36,963 bases of DNA from Candidatus Fervidifonticultor sextus (GTDB taxonomy: Bacteria > Sysuimicrobiota > Sysuimicrobiia > Sysuimicrobiales > Humicultoraceae): the NCBI GenBank assembly GCA_031459875.1, contig JAVKHQ010000026.1:1-36963 (forward strand), given 5' to 3'. This document shows, in pieces, positions 8,324-16,775 of this stretch; within the stretch, counting starts at the first letter, position 1, and each line of letters opens with the position of its first letter. A model generated the notes under the pieces. The model worked only from the letters and a program-made list of their open reading frames with translations, was not told where the DNA came from and did not search any database. Made by a program: the position numbers and the translations under genes.

Positions 8324-9247
8324 TCAGGCCGCCGACCGGGCGAGCGTCCGGAACGAGTCGGCGATGATCTGGTTGTCGGAGAAGCGGGGACGCCAGGCGA
8401 AGTGGTCCAGTGTGCGTTCCAGCGAGAGCACGAAGTCCCTGCCCAGTGTCAGGTACTGCTCGGGGTGCAGTGGCCCCAGGCGCAGTCGGTGGAGGGCCGC
8501 GCACGCTGCGACCGCCAGCCGTTCGGGTACCGGGACGAAGACGGGCGTGGTCCCCAGGCACCGGGCTGCCACGGCGATCTTCTCGCGGAGCGTGGAGACC
8601 TCCAGCGAGCCGGCGTTGAAGGTGCCCGGGATGTCGCGGTGCAGCGCCTCGACCACGAGGTCGGCGAAGTCTTCCACGTGGAGCATCTGGTACAGGTTGT
8701 CTCCCGAACCAAAGAGGACGATGGGCACCCGCGCCTGGGCCAGTCTGGCCAGGGTGGCGAAGAGGCCCAGGCGGCCCGGTCCGCCGATGACCCTGGGCCG
8801 GAGGATCGTGACGACCGGAATCCGCTCGGCGGCCGCGCGGACCAGCGTCTCGGCCTGGCGCTTGGAGCGGCCGTAGTGCCCCACGGGTCGGAGCTCTGCG
8901 GATTCCGGGATCGGGCAGCGGTCCGGGATGCCGTAGACCATATCCGTGGAGATATGGATGAACTTGCGGACCCCGACGTTGACGCAGGCGTCGAGGAGGT
9001 CTTGAAGGACCACGACATTTCCCCGATGGAACGTCTCGTAGTCGTACAGGTTGCGGCCTCGGGTGAAGAGCTGGACTGCGGCACAGTGGATCACCGTCCG
9101 GACCCGGGCGAAGTCGGGCGAATGGATCACCCGGTCGATGGGCAGACCGAGCTTTGTGTCGCAGCGGATGACGCCGTTGAGGCGGCGGGCGATTGCCCCG
9201 CCCACGAACCCTTCGGAGCCGGTCAGGAGGACGTGCCCGTAGTCCAC
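8324..9247 (-). CDS. NAD-dependent epimerase/dehydratase (extended SDR)
   Basis: LTGSEGFVG, IHCAA, HISTDMVYG, YGRSK and LRPRVIGGPG motifs. Confidence 0.9.
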   Translation of the reverse strand: MDYGHVLLTGSEGFVGGAIARRLNGVIRCDTKLGLPIDRVIHSPDFARVRTVIHCAAVQLFTRGRNLYDYETFHRGNVVVLQDLLDACVNVGVRKFIHISTDMVYGIPDRCPIPESAELRPVGHYGRSKRQAETLVRAAAERIPVVTILRPRVIGGPGRLGLFATLARLAQARVPIVLFGSGDNLYQMLHVEDFADLVVEALHRDIPGTFNAGSLEVSTLREKIAVAARCLGTTPVFVPVPERLAVAACAALHRLRLGPLHPEQYLTLGRDFVLSLERTLDHFAWRPRFSDNQIIADSFRTLARSAA

Positions 9248-9252
9248 AGGCC

Positions 9253-9624
9253 CTACGCCTGGCCGCGGGCCAGGAACAAGACCCCGAGCACGATCAGGGC
9301 GACGGCCAGGAGTTTGTTGGCCGTGAGCGGTTCACCGAGCAGCACGGTGGCGGACAGCACCACCATGACATACCCCAGGCTCTGCAGCGGATAGGCGATG
9401 CTGACGGGCAGCCGGGAGAGTACCACCAGCCAGAGGCCCAGGCTGAGGATGTAGCAGGCGAGCCCGCCGAGAATCGGCGGGCTGGTCATCAACCCGGGCA
9501 GCAGGGATGCAAACTGCCGCGCCGAGGTCACTCCGCCTTCGACCCCGTGCATGGCGCTTCTCAGCAGGAGTTGCGCCCCGGCGTTGAGGGCAACGGCGGC
9601 CAGCGCCAGCGCGAATTCAGCCAT
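9253..9624 (-). CDS. EamA/SMR-family small membrane protein, ArnE/ArnF-like polyprenyl-P-sugar flippase candidate
   Basis: 123 aa with four TM segments; AQLLL, WLVVLSRLPVSIAYPLQSLGY and LLGEPLT motifs; AGGAGG RBS at 9636-9631. Confidence 0.8.
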   Translation of the reverse strand: MAEFALALAAVALNAGAQLLLRSAMHGVEGGVTSARQFASLLPGLMTSPPILGGLACYILSLGLWLVVLSRLPVSIAYPLQSLGYVMVVLSATVLLGEPLTANKLLAVALIVLGVLFLARGQA

Positions 9625-9643
9625 TTGAGCCCTCCTGACCAGC

Positions 9644-11218
9644 ATGGGACACAACATTCTGACCCCACACCGCGATTCCTCGTTGGTCGCCCCGGAGGAC
9701 CTCGCCGGACGGCAGGGCATCCTGCTGCTGGCGATTCTGTTTGGGCTGTCCTACCCCCAGTTCCCGCTCTACCACGACACGCAAAACCAGTACTTCTTTC
9801 ACGGGCTGGTGCGCGCTGGCGTGGGCCTGCTGCGATGGGACTGGCTGGCGGGCACCGCCGACGTCTGGCCGGTCTTCAGCGCGCTGGTGACCTTGACCTA
9901 CCGGTACCTGGATGTGCGGATGTTCTACGGCTATTTCTTTGTCCTTCTCGGCGTGTACGCCTATACGATGTGGGGGATTGTCGCCTCGGTATGGGTCGGC
10001 TTGCGTGCCTGGCCCAAGACCGTGATGTTCTTTGCCCTGCTCGCGGCGCTTCACTCCCCCTGGGTCGGTCAGCTCTCGACCGCCGCGGTGGGATTCAGCG
10101 TCGGGGCACAGCTGACCTCCGGCGTCGCACTGCAGGAGCTGCTGGGCCGCATGCTCCAGCCCAGCACCTTTGGGGTCTTCCTGCTCGTCTCCGTCCTGGC
10201 GTTCCTGCGGGGCAAGCCGCTGCCTGCGCTCATCTGGGCGGCCCTCGCCGCGACGATCCACCCGACCTATATCCTGACGGCAGCGGTGCTGATTCTTTCA
10301 TATCTTGTCATCCTGTGGCGGCGTGGGCAGCGGTTTCACGCGCTGGCGTGGCTGAGCCTGTGGGCCCTGGTGCTGCTGCTACCGGTGCTGATCTACGTGG
10401 TCGTCGCCTTTCGCCCGACTTCTGCGGACCTCGTGGCACAGGCACAGGCGATTCTGGTCCACTATCGGTTCCCGCACCATGCCTATCCAGCACGTTGGTG
10501 GGGCCCCATGGTCTACGTAAAAGTGGCGGTGGTGATGGTGGCGCTGGGCCTCGTCCGGCGCAGCGATCTGTTCATCATCCTGCTGGCGCTCTCGGGCGGT
10601 GCCGTGGGCCTGACGGTGCTCCAGGTGCTGTCCGGGAGCGACAGGCTGGCCCTGCTCTTCCCCTGGCGACTCTCGGTGGTGCTGATGCCGCTGGCCGCCG
10701 CACTCACGGCGGCGGGGCTCGTCTCGTGGGGGATGGATCGGGTGACGCGACGATTCCCTGGGACCGTGCGCCTGGCGGCGGGCTGCGGTGTGGCGCTGCT
10801 GATGGTACTGACGGCGACCGGCATCCAGGAGACGTGGCGCCGGTTCACGCCCGGCGCCCCCGACCATCGGACTGCGCTGTTCGAGCACGTGCGCAAGACG
10901 AAGTCACCGGGCGGGCTCTACCTGATCCCACCGTACTGGGACAACTTTCGTCTTGCCACCGGAGCGCCGGCCTTCATTGACTGGGATTTCATCCCCTACG
11001 ACGACTGGGCCGTCGTGGAGTGGTACCGGAGATTCCGGCAAGCGGATGCCTTCTACAAGGCCACCGGTGGGGAGCGGTGTCGGATCCTACGGGACCTCGC
11101 GGCGCGGGAGCGCGTCACGGATGTCGCGCTGAGGGGCCAAAGCCTGGAGGCCTGCGGTCCCTGGCAGCTGGTGTTCCACTCGGGCGACCACCGGCTCTAC
11201 AGGTTGGGGCCTCAGTGA
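9644..11218 (+). CDS. Polytopic membrane protein (DUF6798-like), probable GT-C glycosyltransferase
   Basis: NQYFFHGL...DWLAGTADVWPVFS, IHPTY, HYRFPHH, FPWR and C-terminal FRLATGAP...EWYRR motifs; start uncertain. Confidence 0.6.
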   Translation: MGHNILTPHRDSSLVAPEDLAGRQGILLLAILFGLSYPQFPLYHDTQNQYFFHGLVRAGVGLLRWDWLAGTADVWPVFSALVTLTYRYLDVRMFYGYFFVLLGVYAYTMWGIVASVWVGLRAWPKTVMFFALLAALHSPWVGQLSTAAVGFSVGAQLTSGVALQELLGRMLQPSTFGVFLLVSVLAFLRGKPLPALIWAALAATIHPTYILTAAVLILSYLVILWRRGQRFHALAWLSLWALVLLLPVLIYVVVAFRPTSADLVAQAQAILVHYRFPHHAYPARWWGPMVYVKVAVVMVALGLVRRSDLFIILLALSGGAVGLTVLQVLSGSDRLALLFPWRLSVVLMPLAAALTAAGLVSWGMDRVTRRFPGTVRLAAGCGVALLMVLTATGIQETWRRFTPGAPDHRTALFEHVRKTKSPGGLYLIPPYWDNFRLATGAPAFIDWDFIPYDDWAVVEWYRRFRQADAFYKATGGERCRILRDLAARERVTDVALRGQSLEACGPWQLVFHSGDHRLYRLGPQ

Positions 11219-11544
11219 TGGTCTTCGCAGTACGTTCAAGTACGAGAACACGGCCCGCGTGACCATTATGAACTCCACCGGGCACCTGGACACCGAGTTC
11301 GGTCCGCTGCTGCGGGCGCGGTCGTGCTTCCGTGGAGGAGTTCGAGATTGTCTGCGGCGGGCCGGTACGCGCGAGTCGCTGGAATTGTGTGCTACCAGGG
11401 AATCCCGGGGCTCTTGCCAGCGCCGGGGCCGAGACGTTCGCCTGCGGCAGGGTCAAATTCGACGGTCGCCGCGTGCCGATGGGGCTTCGGCCCCTCCGCT
11501 GAACAGCGGTGAGGGCCATGTGGGTCCCGCCGAGGAACCAGCCT

Positions 11545-11619
11545 TTGTCGGAGGCGCCTGAAGACTACGCCAATCTTGGGCCGCTCGACGGGGTGCTGAA
11601 GAAGATCGGACGGAAGTGA
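11545..11619 (+). pseudogene. 3' remnant of an ABC substrate-binding-protein gene
   Basis: Reads SEAPEDYANLGPLDGVLKKIGRK-stop. This matches the C-terminus of the SBP at 12607-13587 (SENREDYTDLQHLQAVLARIGRK-stop) at 13 of 23 positions without gaps. Its stop overlaps the GTG at 11616. Confidence 0.75.
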
Positions 11620-11627
11620 ACTCCACC

Positions 11628-12536
11628 ATGGCTGACTGGATCGCCTATTGGAATGGGCGGTTTGTCCAGGACGGCGAGATCGCGATTTCGCCGGCGGACC
11701 GCGGGTTTACGCTGGGGGATGCAGTCTACGAAGTAACACGCACCTACCGGCACCAGCCCTTTCACCTCGACCGGCACCTGGACCGGCTCTATGCGTCGCT
11801 GGCGTATGTGGAACTGGACCCCGGACTCGACCGCGGGGAAATGGCGGACCTGACGTATGCCGTGCTCGACCGGAATCGCATTCACCTCGGACCCGACGAC
11901 GATGTGCTCCTGACGCACCGCGTCACTCGCGGGCCGGCCGGTCCGCTCTTCGAGGGGCTGCCTCCGGGGCCACCGACGGTGCTGATCACCTGCAGACCCG
12001 TACAGTTCGCGCGATTCGCCCGCCTCTACGACGATGGGGTGGAACTTGCGACGCCGAGGGTTCGGATGCCGATATCAGGAGGCATCGATCCGCGGGTCAA
12101 GAGCCAGAGCCGGCTGCTGATGGCCCTCGGGGGTGTGCAGGTGGCGAGGGAGGGGGGTCCGGTGATTCCGCTCTTTGCGGATGTGCACGGGTACGTCACA
12201 GAGACCGCCTTGAGTAACATCTTCTTCGTATTGTGGGACCACCTGGTGACCCCGCCCGATGCGGTCGTTCTCGGAGGTATCACGCGCCAGGTGGTCATCG
12301 AGCTCGCCGAGACCCTCGAGGTTCCGGTCGTGCGCCGGCGGATTCATCTTCAGGAGATATCCGAGGCCTCGGAGGCGTTCGTCACCTCAACGAGCGTGGG
12401 GTTGCTGCCGGTGAGCTCGGTCAACGGCCGGCCTCTGGCACTGGTGCCGGGAGCGACGACGCGGCGTCTGACCGAGGCGTTCAGCCGATATGTGGGCGTT
12501 GACATCGTGGCACAAAGCCGCGCCCACGTGGCGTGA
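11628..12536 (+). CDS. Aminotransferase class IV (IlvE/D-amino-acid transaminase/PabC fold)
   Basis: DRGFTLGDAVYEVTR, HLDRL, PLP lysine in RVKSQSRL, VTETALSNIF, VLGGITR and EAFVTST; alternative start GTG 11616. Confidence 0.9.
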   Translation: MADWIAYWNGRFVQDGEIAISPADRGFTLGDAVYEVTRTYRHQPFHLDRHLDRLYASLAYVELDPGLDRGEMADLTYAVLDRNRIHLGPDDDVLLTHRVTRGPAGPLFEGLPPGPPTVLITCRPVQFARFARLYDDGVELATPRVRMPISGGIDPRVKSQSRLLMALGGVQVAREGGPVIPLFADVHGYVTETALSNIFFVLWDHLVTPPDAVVLGGITRQVVIELAETLEVPVVRRRIHLQEISEASEAFVTSTSVGLLPVSSVNGRPLALVPGATTRRLTEAFSRYVGVDIVAQSRAHVA

Positions 12537-12606
12537 GGACCAATCGTCAGAGTCATCCGGCAAGTCGCACGGTACGTTCGCGTCCTTCCCAAGGAGGATG
12601 ACAGTG

Positions 12607-13587
12607 ATGAGACTGCGTTGTCTTGTGGCGTTCACGCTCTTCGCGATCCTCGCCTGCACGGCCGCGCCTGCGCTGAGCAGGGAGGCGCGCCTGACCTTCG
12701 GGTTTGCGGGGGTCAAGCAGCTCCACTACACGGCCACGCTGATAGCCCTCGACCGACTCCGGGACCGCGGCTACGAGCCCGTGTCGGTGTTTTTCCCCAG
12801 ACCCGAACTCGCCGCCCAGGCCCTCATTCGCGGCGAGGTGGACCTGGCGCGGCTGGACAGCATTACCGCCTCCAACGTCATCGCCCGGGGGGCGCAGATC
12901 AGCATGGTGGCGGCGCCGGGGCTGAGCGAGTGGGTGCTGGTCACTCCGAAGACCATTGCGACCCCACAGGCCCTGGCCCGGAGGCGGATCGCGGTGCACA
13001 GCGTGTCTTCCATGTCCAACGGGGTGGTTCAATACGCGATCAAGAAGCACAGAATCGCCGATCCGCAGATCCTCATCATCCCAGGGTCGCCGGCCCGTGC
13101 CCAGGCCCTCCTGCAGGGCGAGATTGACGCCACCTCTCTGTTCCTGATCGACGCCATCCGGTTGCAGATGCTGGCCCCGGACCGCTTCCACATCCTGGTG
13201 GACTTCAAGGACCTGCCGGTGGTGGACTCGGTCGTGGTGGCCAGGCGCGAGTGGCTGGCCGGTCGCCAGCCGGAAGTCCAGGACTTCGTGCGGGTCCTCC
13301 TGGAGACCCATCGTCGCATCACCGCCGGCGCGGAGTGGGCCGTCGCCAGGACCCTGCACCTGTTCCCCGACCAGGACCCGGCGTTCGTGGCAGCCGCGGT
13401 GCGGGCCTATGCCGCCCGAGGCATCTGGGACGTCAACGGCGGGATCGGAGGCCTGACGAAGGCGCCGGAGATGGTCCGGTTCCTCAAGACGCTGGAGATG
13501 CTGCCCGCCTCGGCTTCGGAGAACCGCGAGGACTATACGGATCTGCAGCACCTGCAGGCGGTGCTGGCCAGGATTGGCCGGAAGTAG
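12607..13587 (+). CDS. ABC transporter substrate-binding protein (NitT/TauT/SsuA-like), system 1
   Basis: AAGGAGG RBS at 12591-12597; signal peptide; ALIRGEVD and RAQALLQGEIDAT motifs; linked to permeases and an ATPase. Confidence 0.85.
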   Translation: MRLRCLVAFTLFAILACTAAPALSREARLTFGFAGVKQLHYTATLIALDRLRDRGYEPVSVFFPRPELAAQALIRGEVDLARLDSITASNVIARGAQISMVAAPGLSEWVLVTPKTIATPQALARRRIAVHSVSSMSNGVVQYAIKKHRIADPQILIIPGSPARAQALLQGEIDATSLFLIDAIRLQMLAPDRFHILVDFKDLPVVDSVVVARREWLAGRQPEVQDFVRVLLETHRRITAGAEWAVARTLHLFPDQDPAFVAAAVRAYAARGIWDVNGGIGGLTKAPEMVRFLKTLEMLPASASENREDYTDLQHLQAVLARIGRK

Positions 13588-13615
13588 CCCGGAGCCTCGA
13601 CCGGAAGGGTGCTGC

Positions 13616-14371
13616 ATGCGACTGAGCGGCCGGGTGGCGATCATTACCGGCGGCGGCCTGGGAATCGGCCGCGCCTACGCCCTGGGGTTCGCCCGCGAAG
13701 GTGCCGCGGTCGCGGTGGCGGATATCGACGCTGCCGCGGCGGCGGCGGTTGCGGCGGAGATCGGCGGCCGAGGCGGCCGGGCGATTCCGATCCCGGTTGA
13801 CGTGGCCGACGACGAGGCCGTTCGGCGGATGTGCGAGGAAACCGCCGAGGCCTTCGGCGGGATCGACATACTGGTGAACAACGCGGCGCTGTTCGCGGCC
13901 CTGGAGCGCAAACCGTTCCACGCCATCACCCCCGAGGAATGGGACCGGGTGATGGCGGTGAACCTGCGCGGGGTGTTCCTGTGCTGCCGGGCCGCGTACC
14001 CCTACCTCAAGGCGCGCGGCGGCGGATCTATCATCAACATCACGTCGTCGAGCATCTTCACGGCCCGCAACCGTCTGGCCCACTACGTGGCCGCGAAGAT
14101 GGGCGTCGTGGGGCTCACGCGGGCGCTCGCCCGCGAGATGGGCGACGACGGCATTCGGGTCAACGCCGTCGCGCCGGGCGTGACCGCCTCGGGAACTAAC
14201 GAGCGCATCAGTCCGCCGGAGGCGCAGGCGGCGGCGGCGGCAGAGCGCTGCCTCAAGCGCATCCAGGTTCCCGAGGACCTGGTGGGCACGGTGCTGTTCC
14301 TGGCTTCGGACGAAGGCGCCTTCATCAGCGGGCAGATGATCGTCGTAGACGGCGGGCGGGTATTCCATTGA
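13616..14371 (+). CDS. Classical SDR oxidoreductase
   Basis: TGGGLGIG, VADID (acidic residue, NAD-preferring), LVNNAA, HYVAAK and RVNAVAPG motifs. Confidence 0.93.
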   Translation: MRLSGRVAIITGGGLGIGRAYALGFAREGAAVAVADIDAAAAAAVAAEIGGRGGRAIPIPVDVADDEAVRRMCEETAEAFGGIDILVNNAALFAALERKPFHAITPEEWDRVMAVNLRGVFLCCRAAYPYLKARGGGSIINITSSSIFTARNRLAHYVAAKMGVVGLTRALAREMGDDGIRVNAVAPGVTASGTNERISPPEAQAAAAAERCLKRIQVPEDLVGTVLFLASDEGAFISGQMIVVDGGRVFH

Positions 14372-15195
14372 ATGGGATCGCGGCTGAACAGGCCGCCGCC
14401 GAGCCCATCCGGACCCGGCGCGATGCCCTGAAACGCATCGCCTTCCGGAGGCGGGCCGTTCTGTATCCGGTGGCCCGTGCGCTCTCCGTCCTGGTGCTCC
14501 TGCTCGCCTGGGAGGGGGCCGGGCGCCGGGCCGCGGGGAGTTTCACCTTGCCCCCGGTCACGGCGGTGGCGGCGGCCCTGGCCGGGCAACTGGCCGACCC
14601 CCGGTTCTGGAGCGCGGCGGCCGTGACGCTGCAGGCGCTGTTCGTAGGCTTCGCCCTGACGATGGCCGTCGGCATCCCAGCCGGCCTGATCGTCGGCCGC
14701 GTCCCGGTGGTCGGCCGCCTGGTCAACCCGTATCTCCAGTTCCTGCTGGCCGTGCCGGCCTCGCCGCTCGTACCGCTGTTCGTGATCGTCTTCGGCATCG
14801 GGCTGGCGGCCCGGGTCGCCACGGTCGTGACCTTCGGGGTCGCCATCCTGATCGTCAACACCGCCGCCGGCGTCCGGCTAACGCCGCCGTCGCTGGTCCA
14901 GATGGCCGAGTCGTTCGGGGCCGCCCCGGTCCAGGTGTTCCGGCGGGTGGTGCTCCCGGCGGCGCTGCCGGGCATCGCAGCCGGCCTGCGCCTGGCCGCC
15001 GGGCGTGCCGTGGTCGGCATGGTCGTCTCGGAACTCATCATCATCTCGGTAGGGCTGGGCCGCCTGATCAGCCAGTACAGCGCGACCTTCGACGCGGCCA
15101 ACCTGTACGCGGTGGTCATCGTCATCCTGTCCATCGGCGTGGCCGTCGCCCGCGGCATGAGCGAGGTCGAACGGAGGGCCGTGCGGTGGCGGTGA
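14368..15195 (+). CDS. ABC transporter permease (NitT/TauT type)
   Basis: TM segments; EAA-like MAESFGA...FRRVVLPAALP and VVSEL. Confidence 0.9.
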   Translation: MNGIAAEQAAAEPIRTRRDALKRIAFRRRAVLYPVARALSVLVLLLAWEGAGRRAAGSFTLPPVTAVAAALAGQLADPRFWSAAAVTLQALFVGFALTMAVGIPAGLIVGRVPVVGRLVNPYLQFLLAVPASPLVPLFVIVFGIGLAARVATVVTFGVAILIVNTAAGVRLTPPSLVQMAESFGAAPVQVFRRVVLPAALPGIAAGLRLAAGRAVVGMVVSELIIISVGLGRLISQYSATFDAANLYAVVIVILSIGVAVARGMSEVERRAVRWR

Positions 15196-15968
15196 ACGGT
15201 GAGGTGGTCATCCAGGCCGTCGGCATCGGCAAGCGCTTCAGGGCCGTCACCGGGGACGACCTGATCGCGCTGGAGGGCGTCTCGTTTGCGGTCCGTCCGA
15301 ACGAGTTCGTCAGCATCATTGGCCCTAGCGGGTGCGGCAAGACCACGCTGCTGCGGATCCTGGACGGCCTGGTCCCGCCGGATGAGGGCGAGGTCCGCAT
15401 TCGGGGCCAGCGGATCACCGGCCCGGGTCCAGACCGGGCCATGGTCTTCCAGGATTTCGCCCTGCTCCCCTGGGCCACGGTCGAGGACAACGTGGCCTTT
15501 CCCCTGGAGATCCGGGGTGTGCCGCTTCAGGAGCGCCAGCGCCGCGCTCGGGAGGCCATCCAGCTGGTGGGGCTCGCGGGCTTCGAGGCGTACTACCCGC
15601 ATAGCCTCTCCGGCGGCATGCAGCAACGGGTCGGGCTGGCGCGGGCGCTCGTGGTGGATCCTGAGATGTTGTTGATGGACGAACCCTTCGGCGCCCTGGA
15701 CGCGCAGACGCGGCACCTGCTCCAGGACGAACTGCTGACCCTGTGGCAGGCCCACCGGAAGACCGTGGTCCTGGTCACCCACGACATGGAAGAAGCGGTG
15801 TACCTCTCCGACCGGGTCCTCCTGATGGGACCGCGGCCTGGCCGGATCGCCCGCGAGGTCGAGGTCCCGCTGCCCCGGCCGCGCGACCATACGGTCCGCC
15901 GGACCGCCCAGTTCGCGGAACTCGTCGAATGCGTGTGGGACACGCTGCGGGCCTTCGCACGGCCATGA
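15192..15968 (+). CDS. ABC transporter ATP-binding protein (NitT/TauT type)
   Basis: GPSGCGKT, VFQ, LSGGMQQR, LLMDEPFGALD and VTHD motifs. Confidence 0.95.
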   Translation: MNGEVVIQAVGIGKRFRAVTGDDLIALEGVSFAVRPNEFVSIIGPSGCGKTTLLRILDGLVPPDEGEVRIRGQRITGPGPDRAMVFQDFALLPWATVEDNVAFPLEIRGVPLQERQRRAREAIQLVGLAGFEAYYPHSLSGGMQQRVGLARALVVDPEMLLMDEPFGALDAQTRHLLQDELLTLWQAHRKTVVLVTHDMEEAVYLSDRVLLMGPRPGRIAREVEVPLPRPRDHTVRRTAQFAELVECVWDTLRAFARP

Positions 15969-16732
15969 AGAGATCGCGTGACCTCTTCCACTGGGTGCTA
16001 CATCGCGCGCCGTGGACGATCTCGGTGGCGCCGGTGCTGGCCCTGTGGGAGGTCGTCGGCCGGCTGCGGCTGTTTGCGTTCGTCACGCCGCTGACCGATG
16101 TGGCGCGGGCCGGGCTACTCCTGGCTGGCCGCGGGAGCCTTCGGGCGGACCTGGCCCTGACGGTCTCCGCGGTGCTGGTGGGATTCGGCCTGGCGGTCGC
16201 CGCGGGGGTGGCAGTCGGCGTCTTGATGGGACGCTACCGGCTGGCCGAGGCCGTCTTCGGCCTGTACGTGGATATCTTCCAGAGCACGCCGGCGGCGGCC
16301 AAAGTGCCAGTCCTGGTGCTGCTCTTCGGCCTGGGCCGCGGCAGCATCGTGGCCACCGTGTTCCTGTTCGCGTTCTTCGTGATCACGGTCAACGTGTACA
16401 CTGGCGTCCGGCAGGTCAGCCCCACGTTGGTGGAGATGGCCCGCTCCTTCGGCGCGGGCGAATGGACGCTGATTCGCCGCGTGATTCTGCCGGCCGCGCT
16501 GCCGCTGGTGATGGCCGGGCTCCGCATGGGTGTCGGGCGGGCCGTCAACGGGGCGGTACTCGGTGAGATGCTTATCTCCATCGTGGGGATCGGCGGACTG
16601 CTGATGTACTATGGGAGTTCGTTCCGCGTGGATTTCCTCTACGCCCTCATCCTGCTGGTAGTGGCTTTGGCCGCCGTGCTCATGGGGGCCGTGCATGCAA
16701 TCGAGCGGCGGCTGATCCGGTGGATGCGGTGA
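15965..16732 (+). CDS. ABC transporter permease (NitT/TauT type)
   Basis: ATGA overlap with the ATPase stop; EMARSFGA...RRVILPAALP; TM segments. Confidence 0.9.
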   Translation: MKRSRDLFHWVLHRAPWTISVAPVLALWEVVGRLRLFAFVTPLTDVARAGLLLAGRGSLRADLALTVSAVLVGFGLAVAAGVAVGVLMGRYRLAEAVFGLYVDIFQSTPAAAKVPVLVLLFGLGRGSIVATVFLFAFFVITVNVYTGVRQVSPTLVEMARSFGAGEWTLIRRVILPAALPLVMAGLRMGVGRAVNGAVLGEMLISIVGIGGLLMYYGSSFRVDFLYALILLVVALAAVLMGAVHAIERRLIRWMR

Positions 16733-16775
16733 GGAGACGTAGAGGCTCGGACGATCCGGTGAGGAGGCGCACGCC

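Noticed and set aside
9193..10980. 595-aa alternative-frame ORF and other long shadow ORFs (e.g. 14325-15890, 16869-18416, 23725-25425 on the minus strand)
   Set aside because: Arg/Pro/Gly-rich, motif-free frames expected at high GC; each overlaps a gene with clear family motifs.
11259..11561. 100-aa ORF in the spacer
   Set aside because: No RBS or family motif. A decayed gene fragment cannot be excluded, but it is not supportable.
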